Position numbers and translations under genes: made by a program. The notes beneath the pieces are model-generated. The model worked only from the letters and a program-made list of their open reading frames with translations, made no database searches and was not told the origin of the DNA. A stretch of DNA of 63,136 bases, the filler included, from Candidatus Fermentibacterota bacterium (lineage in GTDB: Bacteria > JAFGKV01): NCBI GenBank assembly GCA_016928395.1. It is 8 parts of 8 records of this genome, joined end to end, with 100 filler letters (N's around TTAATTAATTAA, not from the genome) between each part and the next. Parts side by side here need not be neighbours in the genome. Positions count along the whole stretch, not along the records: positions 33,507 to 47,929 come from JAFGKV010000059.1; 7 more parts are not named here. The stretch is one strand, 5' to 3'. This document shows, piece by piece, positions 36,204 to 44,312 of this stretch. How positions within the stretch are numbered: position 1 is the first letter of the stretch; each line of letters starts with the position of its first letter.

Positions 36204-37309
36204 ACGTATTTCCGGCCGAGGCCGGCCCTGAGCTGGCGCCCCAGCGTCTGACGCGGGCACTGTGGCGCCTGGGAATCCCGTTTAGCGCAATTCGGGCCGT
36301 GGCTGGAGACGTTTCGTCTCGGCGCTACTTCAGGGTGTGGGCCGGAGATCGGACTTTCGTGGCATGCCTGTATCCTGAGCCCTTCGATGAGACTGAGAGT
36401 GCTCGGGATCGGTGGTTTCGCCTCTGCCAAACGGAACCCGCCGTTCGTCTGGGTTTTGCCAGCGATCCACTGGCGTATGTCGAAGTCACCGCGTGGTTGA
36501 CAGAGACCAACATTCCGGTGCCCGCCATCAAGGGAGTTGCCGGTGCCTTTGGCTGTATCGTCACCGAAGATGTCGGTGACCGATCCCTGGAGAAGGAGCT
36601 GCATCACGCAGACTTCGCTACCGCGTTCCGCCTGTACAGCAAAGCCTTGGAGTACGTCCAGATGCTTCAACTCTCAACGGCGGAGGCCACTCGTCGGGGT
36701 CTGGTGGCGTGCAGTCTTACGTTGGATGAGGAGAAACTCACCCATGAGCTGGGCTTTCTGGCCAGAGCATTGCGGTCATTCCTCCCTCACGCGATAGGCG
36801 TCGAAGACATGGCCCGGCTCCAGGGAGAATGGTCGGCCATCGCTCTGGAGGCAGCCGACGAGCCGATGGTGCTGTGTCATCGCGACTATCACGCCCGCAA
36901 TCTCTTCCTCCGGGGCGATACCCTCATGGTGATCGATCACCAGGATATGCGACTGGGCAGCCGTCACTATGACGCGGTCTCACTGCTGTGGGATCCCTAT
37001 GTCGATGTTTCACAGGAGTTACGGCAGCAGCTCATGCCTGCGACTGACGGGCACATAGCCGCCATCGTCAGCCAGCGCTTGCTCAAAGCGTTGGGTACCT
37101 ATTTAAATGTACTGATTACGCGAGCGAGTCCCGTCTTCATAGCTGCTGCCGACCGGGCGTTGCGCAGCCTGACGGGAAGTCTTGCCCAAATGGACCTGTC
37201 CACAGAATCTACGGAGGCCATGATCTGCCACCTTCAATCATTGCTCCGGGCGCGCTACGGCGTCCAGAGGGGGAGCGTGGACTGTCCGAATCTCGCAGAC
37301 AAGGAGTGA
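36200..37309 (+). CDS. APH/choline-kinase-fold phosphotransferase, AmgK-like
   Basis: GDVSSRRYFRV, EDVGD, HRDYHARNL, IDHQD, YDAVSLL; adjacent to a MurU-like gene. Confidence 0.82.
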   Translation: MNVFPAEAGPELAPQRLTRALWRLGIPFSAIRAVAGDVSSRRYFRVWAGDRTFVACLYPEPFDETESARDRWFRLCQTEPAVRLGFASDPLAYVEVTAWLTETNIPVPAIKGVAGAFGCIVTEDVGDRSLEKELHHADFATAFRLYSKALEYVQMLQLSTAEATRRGLVACSLTLDEEKLTHELGFLARALRSFLPHAIGVEDMARLQGEWSAIALEAADEPMVLCHRDYHARNLFLRGDTLMVIDHQDMRLGSRHYDAVSLLWDPYVDVSQELRQQLMPATDGHIAAIVSQRLLKALGTYLNVLITRASPVFIAAADRALRSLTGSLAQMDLSTESTEAMICHLQSLLRARYGVQRGSVDCPNLADKE

Positions 37310-37312
37310 ACA

Positions 37313-37774
37313 ATGGGGGAGAAACCGAAGAGAGTGGGAGACCTTCTCGTGGAGCAGGGCTACGTAACCCGCGAACGGGTCGAGGAGGCCGCTCGCCGGC
37401 AGGGAAGCACCCAGGAGAAGCTGTGCACGATTCTCATCGAGATGGGCTCCCTGACGGAACGTGATTTGGTGCACTTTGTCGCCAACCACCTCCGGGTGCC
37501 TCACATGGATCTGGACGGATACGATCTGGACATCGAGGTGATCAAGTACATACCCCCGGAATTTGCCAAGCGTTACCAGGTGGTTCCCATAGACCGGATG
37601 GGCGGGATGCTCTCGGTTGCCGTGGTCTACCCAATGGCGCCCGAGGTGGTGAGGGAACTGGAAAACATGACCCGGCTCGCAATAAAGCAGGTTGTCTGCC
37701 CCAAGGGAGAAGTCGACAGGGTCATTCGTCACTACTACGAGATGACGCTGCCCGGTCTGCGGAGCGGTTTCTAG
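37313..37774 (+). CDS. Stand-alone MshEN/T2SSE_N domain protein
   Basis: RVGDLLVEQGYVTRERVEEAARRQ-x5-KLCTILIEMG, then IPPEFAKRYQVVP...LSVAVVYP; no ATPase domain; AAGGAG RBS. Confidence 0.85.
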   Translation: MGEKPKRVGDLLVEQGYVTRERVEEAARRQGSTQEKLCTILIEMGSLTERDLVHFVANHLRVPHMDLDGYDLDIEVIKYIPPEFAKRYQVVPIDRMGGMLSVAVVYPMAPEVVRELENMTRLAIKQVVCPKGEVDRVIRHYYEMTLPGLRSGF

Positions 37775-37782
37775 GGCTTTCT

Positions 37783-39198
37783 GTGGCACGATTCGGCCTG
37801 GGCAAGCTTTTCAAGAGCAAAGCCGCAACTCCGGAGGAGTTGCGGCAGATGGTGGAGACCAAAGCTGAGGCGTGGGCTGAAGCACTCATTGACGCAATGA
37901 CCGCCAAGGAGAGCGAGGTGCGGGCTGAGGCGGCGCGGCTGGCCCGCCATTTGGCTGCTGAAGATGCCATGCCACCCCTCCTCTCTTCTCTCAGAGACCC
38001 TTCCCGGGCAGTGGTGCTGGCTGCGTTGGACTCGTTGGGTGCTCTTCGTCTCCACGGCGCCGTGCCTGCGGTTAGCGGGCTCCTGGGATCTCCCGACCAG
38101 ACGGTGAAAGAGGAGGTGGCACGCTGCCTCGCCCGGCTGGGTGGGTCTAGTGGTTCCTCCGCCATCCTCTCTCTGCTGGATGTTCCGCGGCTTCCCGGCT
38201 CGGCGGAACGGGCCGTGGTCGACCTGGGAGCAACCGCCATACCTGCTCTGATGTCCGCTTTGCTGGATGCTCGTCGTTGGGTACGACAGAACGCCGCCTT
38301 GTTGTTGGGGCGGTTCGGGGATTACCGGGCAGTGCCCTCACTCATGGTGGCGGTGCATGACAGCGACACCGGCGTGCGGGCCGCGGCGGTGGAGGCCTTG
38401 GGAGCCATCGGCGGTGCCGGCGCGGCGACCGGGCTGATCGGTGCATTGACCGACAGTGAGGAGCGGGTGCGGATGCAGGCGGCGGCAGCTCTGGGGAAGA
38501 TCGGCGATGCCAGGGCCGTGGTGCCCCTCATCGGTCTGTTCTCGGATTCGGTGCGGCATGTGCGGGATCAAGCGGTGAAGTCTTTGACAGATATTGGCTC
38601 CGACGCGGCGCAGCCTCTCATCATGAGTCTCAAGGAATCTGATCCCGGTGTGCGGGAGTATGCGGCCAAGGCGCTCACCTTTGTCTCCGTGGCCGAGGCG
38701 CTTGACCCACTCCTCGATGCATTGGCGGATAGCGAGTGGGCAGTACGCCGGTACGCCGCCGAGGGACTGGGCAAGTTGGGCGCCAAGGCGGCGCTGCCGT
38801 ATCTACTCACCGCCAAGGATGATCCCATCGACTTCGTTCGGGAACGCGCTCGCCAGGCTCTGGATCGCATCGACCCATCAGGTGAGCTCCGCAAGAGCCT
38901 CCGGCCCGCCCGGCGCGGCACCTTCGATCAACAGGAGGCTGCCCGGCCCAAGGGTCATGCCAGGGAACCGGGGATGCCGGGTTCCTGGGCCCTGGATTTG
39001 CCCGATGCGTATGCGATTCTGGGGCTGGGGCTCGACGCCTCCAAGATCCAGGTCAGGCAGGCGTGGAAGGACTTGATGCGAGCCTTGCATCCCGATGTCG
39101 TTGCGCATCTCACCCCTGCGGAGCGGGGCCAGGCGGAGGAGGATGCGAAGCGAGTCAATATGGCGTACGATGTCCTCATGAAGGCCCTGACTGATTGA
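37783..39198 (+). CDS. HEAT/PBS-lyase repeat protein with C-terminal DnaJ (J) domain
   Basis: About ten repeats such as L.D.D..VR..AA.ALG.IG; C-terminal AYAILGL...WKDLMRALHPD...KRVNMAYDVL. Confidence 0.88.
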   Translation: MARFGLGKLFKSKAATPEELRQMVETKAEAWAEALIDAMTAKESEVRAEAARLARHLAAEDAMPPLLSSLRDPSRAVVLAALDSLGALRLHGAVPAVSGLLGSPDQTVKEEVARCLARLGGSSGSSAILSLLDVPRLPGSAERAVVDLGATAIPALMSALLDARRWVRQNAALLLGRFGDYRAVPSLMVAVHDSDTGVRAAAVEALGAIGGAGAATGLIGALTDSEERVRMQAAAALGKIGDARAVVPLIGLFSDSVRHVRDQAVKSLTDIGSDAAQPLIMSLKESDPGVREYAAKALTFVSVAEALDPLLDALADSEWAVRRYAAEGLGKLGAKAALPYLLTAKDDPIDFVRERARQALDRIDPSGELRKSLRPARRGTFDQQEAARPKGHAREPGMPGSWALDLPDAYAILGLGLDASKIQVRQAWKDLMRALHPDVVAHLTPAERGQAEEDAKRVNMAYDVLMKALTD

Positions 39199-39231
39199 TC
39201 TTGGCACCGTTGTCCCAGCTCACACAAAGAA

Positions 39232-39960
39232 ATGGCCGCCGTCTCCTCGCGCGTGAATGAACCCTTGGGGCGTTCTCGGGCGGTGGTGACCTCGGGGCCG
39301 ACGAGGGCCCGGCTGGATGCCGTGCGATTCCTCATGAACACCTCCAGCGGCTCCTTGGGCGCTGCCATTGCAGATCAAGGGCTGGCTCGGGGATGGGAGG
39401 TCGGTCTCGTTCACGGGCCGTGCAGCACGCTGCCTCCACCCCACCCGAACCTGTCGACTCATCCGGTATCCTGGTTGTCTGATCTCTATCCGACACTCTT
39501 GGGCGTACCATACCGTGAAGAGATCGCCGTGGTATTCCATGCCATGGCAGTGTTGGATTGGGCGCCGAGGACAGTGAGTCAGGGGAAACGGGCGTCAGGC
39601 CGCCCATGGCGAGTGGTTCTGGACCCGACCCCCAAGATCATCGATGAGTTGAGGGGCCTCTTCCCCAATGCCGCACTGATCGCGTTCAAGTTGGAGACTG
39701 GTGTCACTGAGGAGGAACTGGTAGCCCGGGCTGGCCGCCTGGCCCGGCGGTGCGGTGCGGACATCGTTGTGGCGAATCTGCTTGAGTGGGTGCAGGCGGG
39801 CTATCGCTGCCGGGTGGTGTGCGGCGATGGCAGTGTACGCGCAGATATTGTGGGCCGAGAGGAAACCGCGGCCTGGCTGTGGGGGTGGGTCGAGAACCGC
39901 CGGATGTCTTTGCCTGTTCGGGAAAACGGGCCGAGGAAGGCGGGAGACCGTTACCCATAG
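39232..39960 (+). CDS. coaB: Phosphopantothenate--cysteine ligase (stand-alone CoaB)
   Basis: VTSGPTRARLDAVRFLMNTSSGSLG, HAMAVLD, TPKII, AFKLE, VVAN. Confidence 0.88.
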   Translation: MAAVSSRVNEPLGRSRAVVTSGPTRARLDAVRFLMNTSSGSLGAAIADQGLARGWEVGLVHGPCSTLPPPHPNLSTHPVSWLSDLYPTLLGVPYREEIAVVFHAMAVLDWAPRTVSQGKRASGRPWRVVLDPTPKIIDELRGLFPNAALIAFKLETGVTEEELVARAGRLARRCGADIVVANLLEWVQAGYRCRVVCGDGSVRADIVGREETAAWLWGWVENRRMSLPVRENGPRKAGDRYP

Positions 39961-40015
39961 GCTGGGGCACCGATACACCTTGAATCCTCGGAGACCTTGG
40001 GAGGAGTAGACTGAG

Positions 40016-40579
40016 TTGCATACGAGCATAGGTGGCAGAGTCGTGGTCCTTGGCGTCACCGGCAGCATCGCCGCCTACAAGGCAGCGACGCTGGCGCGGC
40101 TTTTGGTGAAGGGAGGAGCGCAGGTTCGCGTGGTGCTCACGCCCGCGGCAGCCAGGTTCGTCTCGGCGCACACGTTCGCGCCTCTGGTCGGTCGGCGGAT
40201 ATACACCGAGATGTTTGAGGAACCTCCACCCGCTGTTCCCGCACATCTTGAAGTCCCCCACGGCGCGGATATTGTTGTGGTGGCGCCTGCCAGCGCTGAT
40301 TTCATTGGAAGGATGTCTGCCGGGTTGGGTGATGACCTCCTGGCGGCGGTGTGTCTGGCGGCCACCTGTCCACTCATGATTGCCCCGGCCATGCATCACC
40401 AGATGTGGGCCAATGCCATGGTGCAGAGGAACGTTGCACGGCTCGTCTCGTGTGGGGTTACGGTCATCGGCCCGGAGCAGGGCGAGTTGGCCGGCCGCGA
40501 TGAAGGACGCGGCCGCATGAGCGAACCGGAGGAGATCGTCGACGCCATTGGAGCTCTGCTGGAACGGGTTGTCGTATGA
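40016..40579 (+). CDS. coaC: Phosphopantothenoylcysteine decarboxylase (stand-alone CoaC flavoprotein)
   Basis: LGVTGSIAAYKA, VAPASAD, APAMHHQMW, GRGRMSEPEEI. Confidence 0.85.
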   Translation: MHTSIGGRVVVLGVTGSIAAYKAATLARLLVKGGAQVRVVLTPAAARFVSAHTFAPLVGRRIYTEMFEEPPPAVPAHLEVPHGADIVVVAPASADFIGRMSAGLGDDLLAAVCLAATCPLMIAPAMHHQMWANAMVQRNVARLVSCGVTVIGPEQGELAGRDEGRGRMSEPEEIVDAIGALLERVVV

Positions 40580-41655
40580 TTCGGCCCACTGCATATCTCT
40601 GGGCTCTTGCCGTCGTATGCACAGTGGGCTGCCAGGACGACAATGATCTCGGCGCACGGCGTCTGATCGTGGCGGCGGGACGTACCCAGGTGAGCGATAT
40701 CTACATGGTCAATGGCCACGGCGGCATTGTGCAGAGAATCACCGATACTCCCCATAGGGCGGAGATCTGGCCCATCTGGGCGCCGGACGGGGTGCATGTA
40801 TACTATGAGGCTAGGGAGACTGCTGACCGCAGCCTCTCCTTACGGGTGTTCAACCTCTTACGGGGAACCGAGAAAGTGCTGTACGGCCCGGTGGGGCCGG
40901 GTGAACTCTGGTGCGCCCTTTCCCCCGATGGGACCAGCATGGCCTTCGTTGCGAAGGACTCCTTCCCCGGCGACCTGGTTGTTCTCGACATTCAAACCGG
41001 TGATGTCAGATCACTGTCACAGCCCGGGGAACGGCTGCTTCGTCCAGAGTGGGCCCCTGATTCAAGGCGACTGCTGTGCCAGGCCAAGGCGGAAGACCGG
41101 GCCAATTGGGAGCTGCTGATTCTCGACACCATGACGGGAGAACGGCGTCGACTGAGCGAGGAATCCGACAGCACGGAGTTCAAGGGGAAGTGGTCTCCCG
41201 ATGGGAGATCTGTGGTGCACAGCGTTACTCCGTATGATGATCGGGGCAGAGCCGGCCTCCAAGTCGTAGACGTGGAAACCGGCGCAGCCACTGGTCTCCG
41301 GGTCGGCGATCACGAACGAGTCATCTCGGCGGCATGGTCTAGCCTGGGCGTTCTGGCGGCCATTCGGGAGCGGCCCAAGCCCATGTTGCTCCTCCTTTGG
41401 CCGGGTGCGGCGAAATCCGGCGAGGAACGGGTGGTCACCATGGACGAGAAGTGTGATCGCGGTCGCTTCGTGTGGTCTCCCGACGGTTGTTTTATGGCCA
41501 TGAACTACCGGGAAAGACCCCGAAAGGGCCGCCGCGGTGAATGGCGCATGGTCATGTATGACGCTTCCGGCAACACGGTGCGGCAGTGGCCGAATAGAAT
41601 GCAGATGTTCTGCCCGGCGTGGGCTCCTACAACCGGCGACGAGGGTGAGCGCTGA
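40576..41655 (+). CDS. TolB-like beta-propeller lipoprotein (PD40 repeats)
   Basis: Lipobox TVGC; repeated WAPDG/SPDG/WAPDS/WSPDG motifs. Confidence 0.8.
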   Translation: MIRPTAYLWALAVVCTVGCQDDNDLGARRLIVAAGRTQVSDIYMVNGHGGIVQRITDTPHRAEIWPIWAPDGVHVYYEARETADRSLSLRVFNLLRGTEKVLYGPVGPGELWCALSPDGTSMAFVAKDSFPGDLVVLDIQTGDVRSLSQPGERLLRPEWAPDSRRLLCQAKAEDRANWELLILDTMTGERRRLSEESDSTEFKGKWSPDGRSVVHSVTPYDDRGRAGLQVVDVETGAATGLRVGDHERVISAAWSSLGVLAAIRERPKPMLLLLWPGAAKSGEERVVTMDEKCDRGRFVWSPDGCFMAMNYRERPRKGRRGEWRMVMYDASGNTVRQWPNRMQMFCPAWAPTTGDEGER

Positions 41656-41860
41656 GGTGGCAAAAGCCCGGGGCTACGGAAGCTGGAATGCTTGGACGAC
41701 GGCTGACTGGATGACTGGAGAGATTGGAGGGTGCTGAACTGACGATTGCACGCTCCGAGCATTCAGGGTTCGAGTCGGAACAGAGGGCCCACCAACTACC
41801 GCCACGACAAAGATGAGAACGTGATCGTTGCACGAATGAACTGCCCCAAGGAGGATGATG

Positions 41861-42982
41861 ATGCTACGCAGTGAATCCCTCGAGTTTCTCCGGCGACTCT
41901 GCGATGCCTTCGGGCCCAGCGGATTCGAGCGTGAACCCGGATTGATTCTCAAAGACTACGTGACCCCTTTCTGCGACCGAGTGACCACCGACAAGCTTGG
42001 ATCGGTGTTGTTCTCCAAGCGGGGCTCCAGCGATGGCCCGGTGGTACTACTTCCAGGGCATATCGACGAGGTCGGGTTCGTGGTGGCAGGCATCAGCAAA
42101 GAAGGGTTTCTCTCCTTCGCCACCGTAGGAGGGTGGTTTGATCAGGTGCTCCTGGCCCAAAGGGTGACCGTACGCACGGCCAAGGGGATGCTGCCGGGTG
42201 TGGTCTCATCGAAGCCGCCGCATATTCTCACTCCCGAAGAGCGCGACAAGGTGGTCAAGCACGACAAGATGTTTATCGACATTGGCGCGTCGTCAAAGGA
42301 TGAGGCGGTGGAAATGGGGGCCCGCGTGGGCGACCCGGTGGTGCCTGACAGCAAGTTTACCACCATTGAGAAACCTCTCATGGAGAACGGCACCGTGAAG
42401 GGCACGACAACTCTGGCCATGGGCAAGGCATTCGATGACCGTATCGGTGCCTTTGTGGCCGCAGAGGTCATCCGGCGCCTGACGACGGAAAGGCTGGATC
42501 ATCCCAATACGGTGGTCGGCGCGGGAACCGTGCAGGAAGAAGTCGGGCTGCGAGGAGCCCGAACCGCGGCATGGATGGCCAATCCGGATGTCTGTCTGAC
42601 ATTGGAGGTCGACATTTCGCAGGACATTCCCGGAGTTGACCCGGACCGTGCGCTGGTCATCATGGGCAAAGGGCCGTCGGTGCTCACCTATGACTCCAGC
42701 ATGGTACCCAACCAAGCCCTGAAGGACCTGGTCATCCAGACGGCCGCGGAGCGGAGCATACCCTACCAGCTCTCACTCATGGCCCGCGGCGGAACCGATG
42801 CGGGGATGATCCATGTGACCAGGGTCGGGTGCCCCAGTGTGGTCTTGGGCGTGCCTACCCGGCATATCCACTCCCACGTTGGGATCTTGAGTCTCGAAGA
42901 CGTCACCCATCTTGTCGATCTGGTCGTCGCCGTGGTCCAGAAGCTGGATCATGCCACTGTCACGGGGCTGACTGCGCTGTAG
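41861..42982 (+). CDS. M42-family aminopeptidase
   Basis: GPSGFE, GHIDEVG, KAFDDRIG, VQEEVGLRGA, GGTDAG, RHIHS; AAGGAGG RBS (in-frame ATGs at 41855/41858/41861). Confidence 0.95.
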   Translation: MLRSESLEFLRRLCDAFGPSGFEREPGLILKDYVTPFCDRVTTDKLGSVLFSKRGSSDGPVVLLPGHIDEVGFVVAGISKEGFLSFATVGGWFDQVLLAQRVTVRTAKGMLPGVVSSKPPHILTPEERDKVVKHDKMFIDIGASSKDEAVEMGARVGDPVVPDSKFTTIEKPLMENGTVKGTTTLAMGKAFDDRIGAFVAAEVIRRLTTERLDHPNTVVGAGTVQEEVGLRGARTAAWMANPDVCLTLEVDISQDIPGVDPDRALVIMGKGPSVLTYDSSMVPNQALKDLVIQTAAERSIPYQLSLMARGGTDAGMIHVTRVGCPSVVLGVPTRHIHSHVGILSLEDVTHLVDLVVAVVQKLDHATVTGLTAL

Positions 42983-43098
42983 GGTCTGCAGCCTTGGCCG
43001 AATCGAGACGATCAGATGATTCGAGTGGCGTGTTTCGGCCCTCGGCATGGGCGGGAACCCAGCCGTGGGCCAGCTCTGCCACTTCGTGAGACCATTCC

Positions 43099-44079
43099 GT
43101 GATCCAGGGGCAGCCTCGTGAACGCGTATATGGCCCGGTTCCGTCGCGGAGATTCGGGCTGTCACTGGGGGTGGATCTGGTACCGCACAAAGTGTGCTGC
43201 TATGACTGCGTCTATTGCCAGGTGGGTCGCACCACCGACACGACGGTTACCAGGCGCGACTTCTACCCCCTGGATACCATACTGGCGGATATTGCGCGGG
43301 CCTTGGAGGAGCGCCCCCGGCCCGATGTCATCACGTTGGCGGGCTCAGGTGAACCCACCCTCTATCGCAGCCTGGGAGGCCTGGTACGCCGAATTCGGTC
43401 GTCGACCTCCATCCCCATCGTGCTCTTGACGGGTGGGGGTATGCTCATGGACGAGGATGTTGCAGCCGATGCGCTAACCGTGGACATACTCGCCCCATCG
43501 TTGGACGCGGGAACCGAGGAGCAGTTTGCAGCCATCAACTGTCCATGCTCCTCACTCCGGTTCGCGTCCATGGTAGAGGGTCTGTCGCGGGTAGTCTCGG
43601 CCTTCACGGGTGAGGTTCGCCTCGAGGTCATGCTCATCCCTGAACTCAATGCAGACGAGGAGAGCATCCTGCGGATTGCATCGTTGACACGCTCGATGCC
43701 GCTGGCGGCCATCGACCTCAATACCCCGGTGCGCCCGCCCCACGCCTCTGGGGTCGGTATCGTCTCGGCTACGTCGCTGGCCAAGGCCAGGGCCGCCTTC
43801 GGCCCCTTGAGCCGCGTCATTGGGAACTTCTCGGGCGTGACGGCCCCCTCGCCGTCGCCAGCCTCGTCCCTAAGGACCCTGGTGGTTGAGACCTTGGCCC
43901 GTAGGCCTTGCACGACACGCGACCTGTTGGCGTCGCTGGCGTGCGAGTCTTCGGTGCTGCGGAATGTGTTGGACAGGCTAATGGCTCAGGGTGTTGTGGA
44001 GGAACGCCGATCGCGGGATGAAGTCTACTTCTGGGCCCCGGGAGATCCGCGGCCCGGGCGGTCGACCACCAGGGGTTAG
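43099..44079 (+). CDS. Radical SAM Fe-S oxidoreductase (TYW1-related family) with C-terminal HTH
   Basis: VYGPVPSRRFGLSLGVD, CCYDCVYC, GSGEPTL, SLDAG, LNTPVRP. Confidence 0.88.
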   Translation: MIQGQPRERVYGPVPSRRFGLSLGVDLVPHKVCCYDCVYCQVGRTTDTTVTRRDFYPLDTILADIARALEERPRPDVITLAGSGEPTLYRSLGGLVRRIRSSTSIPIVLLTGGGMLMDEDVAADALTVDILAPSLDAGTEEQFAAINCPCSSLRFASMVEGLSRVVSAFTGEVRLEVMLIPELNADEESILRIASLTRSMPLAAIDLNTPVRPPHASGVGIVSATSLAKARAAFGPLSRVIGNFSGVTAPSPSPASSLRTLVVETLARRPCTTRDLLASLACESSVLRNVLDRLMAQGVVEERRSRDEVYFWAPGDPRPGRSTTRG

Positions 44080-44312
44080 GCTCACCTCGCCTGCTCTTGG
44101 GAGCGTGCTGTTCACGGATTCTTCCGCGAACCGGGAAGCGTCAGGCCAGGGGTTCAGGGTTCGCGGCAGAGGAGCGCGCATCAGTCTAGTCACCCCGACG
44201 AATCGCTCCGGCTCTCACAGTCGTCGCCCCGTTCTGCATCACTGCCGCCGCATCCCGTGCTGAGGGCGGCTCTGATGCCGAGAGAAAGGTGCAACTCTAA
44301 GGAGGCACAGAA

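Noticed and set aside
41762-41795. tRNA-like fragment GGTTCGAGTC...CCCACCA (possible att site)
   Set aside because: The T-stem does not pair and the spacing to CCA is wrong.
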